Shown here: one piece after another, positions 62,998-64,000 of the stretch | Numbering within the stretch: the first letter of the stretch is position 1 | Layout of the letters: every line of letters starts with the position of its first letter | Origin: Planctomycetota bacterium | Lineage (GTDB): Bacteria > Planctomycetota > UBA11346 | DNA: 64,000 nt | Reading direction: 5' to 3' | Assembly: GCA_031426335.1 (NCBI GenBank) | Contig: JANPLC010000168.1 | Location: forward strand, 16,907 to 80,906 | Made by a program: the position numbers and the translations under genes | The notes under the pieces: generated by a model | What the model saw: only the letters and a program-made list of their open reading frames with translations | What the model was told of the DNA's origin: nothing | Database searches by the model: none

Positions 62998-63303
62998 ATG
63001 ACCACGCCATTCGATCTCGCCGCCTTCCAACAGCACATCGCCACCACCTACGGAGCGAAGGACGCGCAGCGCGGCACCGCTGGCACCTTCATGTATTTCA
63101 TGGAGGAAGTCGGCGAACTGGCGGAAGCCCTGCGCGAGCCGCACAAACACGATGTGAAAGGCGAGTTCGCCGACTGCCTCGCGTGGCTGGTGTCGCTCGC
63201 GCATTTGGCCGAGGTCGATCTGGCCGCGGCGACGGTGGCGAAGTATCCCGGGTTGTGCCTGCGCTGCGGCAAGACGCCGTGTGCGTGTGAGTCGAAACCG
63301 TGA
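62998..63303 (+). CDS. MazG-like nucleotide pyrophosphohydrolase
   Basis: FMEEVGELAEALRE...EFADCLAWLVSLA. Confidence 0.75.
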   Translation: MTTPFDLAAFQQHIATTYGAKDAQRGTAGTFMYFMEEVGELAEALREPHKHDVKGEFADCLAWLVSLAHLAEVDLAAATVAKYPGLCLRCGKTPCACESKP

Positions 63304-63309
63304 AAAGAG

Positions 63310-63428
63310 TCCGGGGTTCGCGGTCCGGGGTCGGGAGTCATCGCAAAACTGCGCGTCACCTGCCGAGCGCTCGTCGACCGGTATATGGGCGTCAGCAGCG
63401 ATGACGGACGGCGAGAAGACTCCGGACC
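63310..63428. repeat. Heptamer-array element C (degenerate relative of A)
   Basis: TCCGGGG-TTCGCGG-TCCGGGG-TCGGGAG (63310-63337), then GTCATCGCA as in A, with a single GACTCCGGACC right-arm unit at 63418-63428. Confidence 0.6.
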
Positions 63429-64000
63429 AACAGTCACTGAGCGTGCGCCTCATCAGCGGCATCCTGCGCTGCATCCCCCCGCCGTTCGCCTGGCGTTTTG
63501 GTGGCGGCCTCGGCGCGCTCATCGGCAGCCTGCCGATCCGTGAGGTCCGCCGCAGCCGCGAACACTTGGCCAAGGCCTTTCCCGAGCGCGACCACGCCTG
63601 GGTGGTGCGCACCGCGCGGCGGACCTTCGTCCATTTCACCCGCATGATGTTGTGGACCGCAGTGACGCTGCACTGGGACGTCCGCCGGCTGCGGCGCTCC
63701 ATCGCGGTCGAAGGCCGTGAGAACTGCCGCGTAGTCCTGGCAGCGAGCCGACGCGGTGAGGGAACCGTGGGTTTCACCGGTCATTTCGGCAATTGGGAAA
63801 TGCTCTCGCGCATCGGTGCCAGCATCATGCCGCTGAGCCCGGTCGGTCGCCGGCTGCGCTCGCCGTTGGCCGATGCGCTGGTGCAGGGCGCGCGCACGTC
63901 GGCGGGCGGGCGGATGATCTACCAGGACGCCCCGTTTGCCGATTTCGTCCGTGAACTACGGCAAGGCCGCCTGCTGGCGGTGCTGGTCGATCAGGACATC
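63401..64000 (+). CDS. Lipid A biosynthesis acyltransferase (LpxL/HtrB family), N-terminal part; start uncertain; 3' end outside window
   Basis: Open frame to the window end; HLAKAFPE...GFTGHFGNWEM...LVDQD motifs; the ATG at 63401 lies inside repeat element C. Confidence 0.7.
   Translation, partial: MTDGEKTPDQQSLSVRLISGILRCIPPPFAWRFGGGLGALIGSLPIREVRRSREHLAKAFPERDHAWVVRTARRTFVHFTRMMLWTAVTLHWDVRRLRRSIAVEGRENCRVVLAASRRGEGTVGFTGHFGNWEMLSRIGASIMPLSPVGRRLRSPLADALVQGARTSAGGRMIYQDAPFADFVRELRQGRLLAVLVDQDI

Overview
GC-rich chromosomal window from a Gram-negative-type genome (OMP barrels, lipoproteins, an LpxL-family gene). Bases 1-620 hold the end of a 5-formyl-THF cyclo-ligase gene and an intact tRNA-Ser(GCU). 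Bases 621-39952 are an apparently complete ~39.3 kb temperate prophage integrated into that tRNA, bounded by perfect 62-bp att repeats at 559-620 and 39953-40014. Its content, in order: integrase, a superinfection-immunity-like membrane protein and a CI/Cro switch; a long translationally coupled early/replication operon (SLT, SSB, ParB-like, deoxyribosyltransferase-like, ASCH, SF2 helicase, primase-helicase); an iteron-rich ori-like region; TerS and GpA-type TerL; lambda-type portal, protease/scaffold, decoration protein and major capsid; a fibre module; a holin/spanin-like pair; tail genes; and two small cargo ORFs at the attR end. Bases 40015-40931 look like a ~0.9 kb relic of an older insertion, closed by a third partial att copy and containing an odd 30-bp perfect inverted repeat plus an inverted tRNA-like fragment. 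The remaining chromosome (41-64 kb) carries a HigB/HigA-like TA pair whose toxin has an in-frame stop, an NtrC-type sigma-54 activator, and several PAS/GAF histidine kinases and receivers. It also carries a dense set of small stress and membrane proteins (Dps, ElaB/YqjD-like, DUF1328/2238/3185/3309-like, four-helix ferritin-like proteins, OMP barrels), a two-gene ABC exporter, HIT, MazG-like, and the start of an LpxL-family gene. The most notable non-obvious signals are three. First, at least five correctly placed TGGCAC-N5-xTGC sigma-54 promoter matches sit in front of the stress genes. Second, three palindromic elements built from G-run heptamer arrays occur in the last 4 kb, one of them translated as the tail of an ABC protein. 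Third, the prophage has a 14-copy ori-like iteron field. I saw no CRISPR array, rRNA, transposase or recognisable named defence system. All protein family calls come from motif recognition by eye, not from searches.
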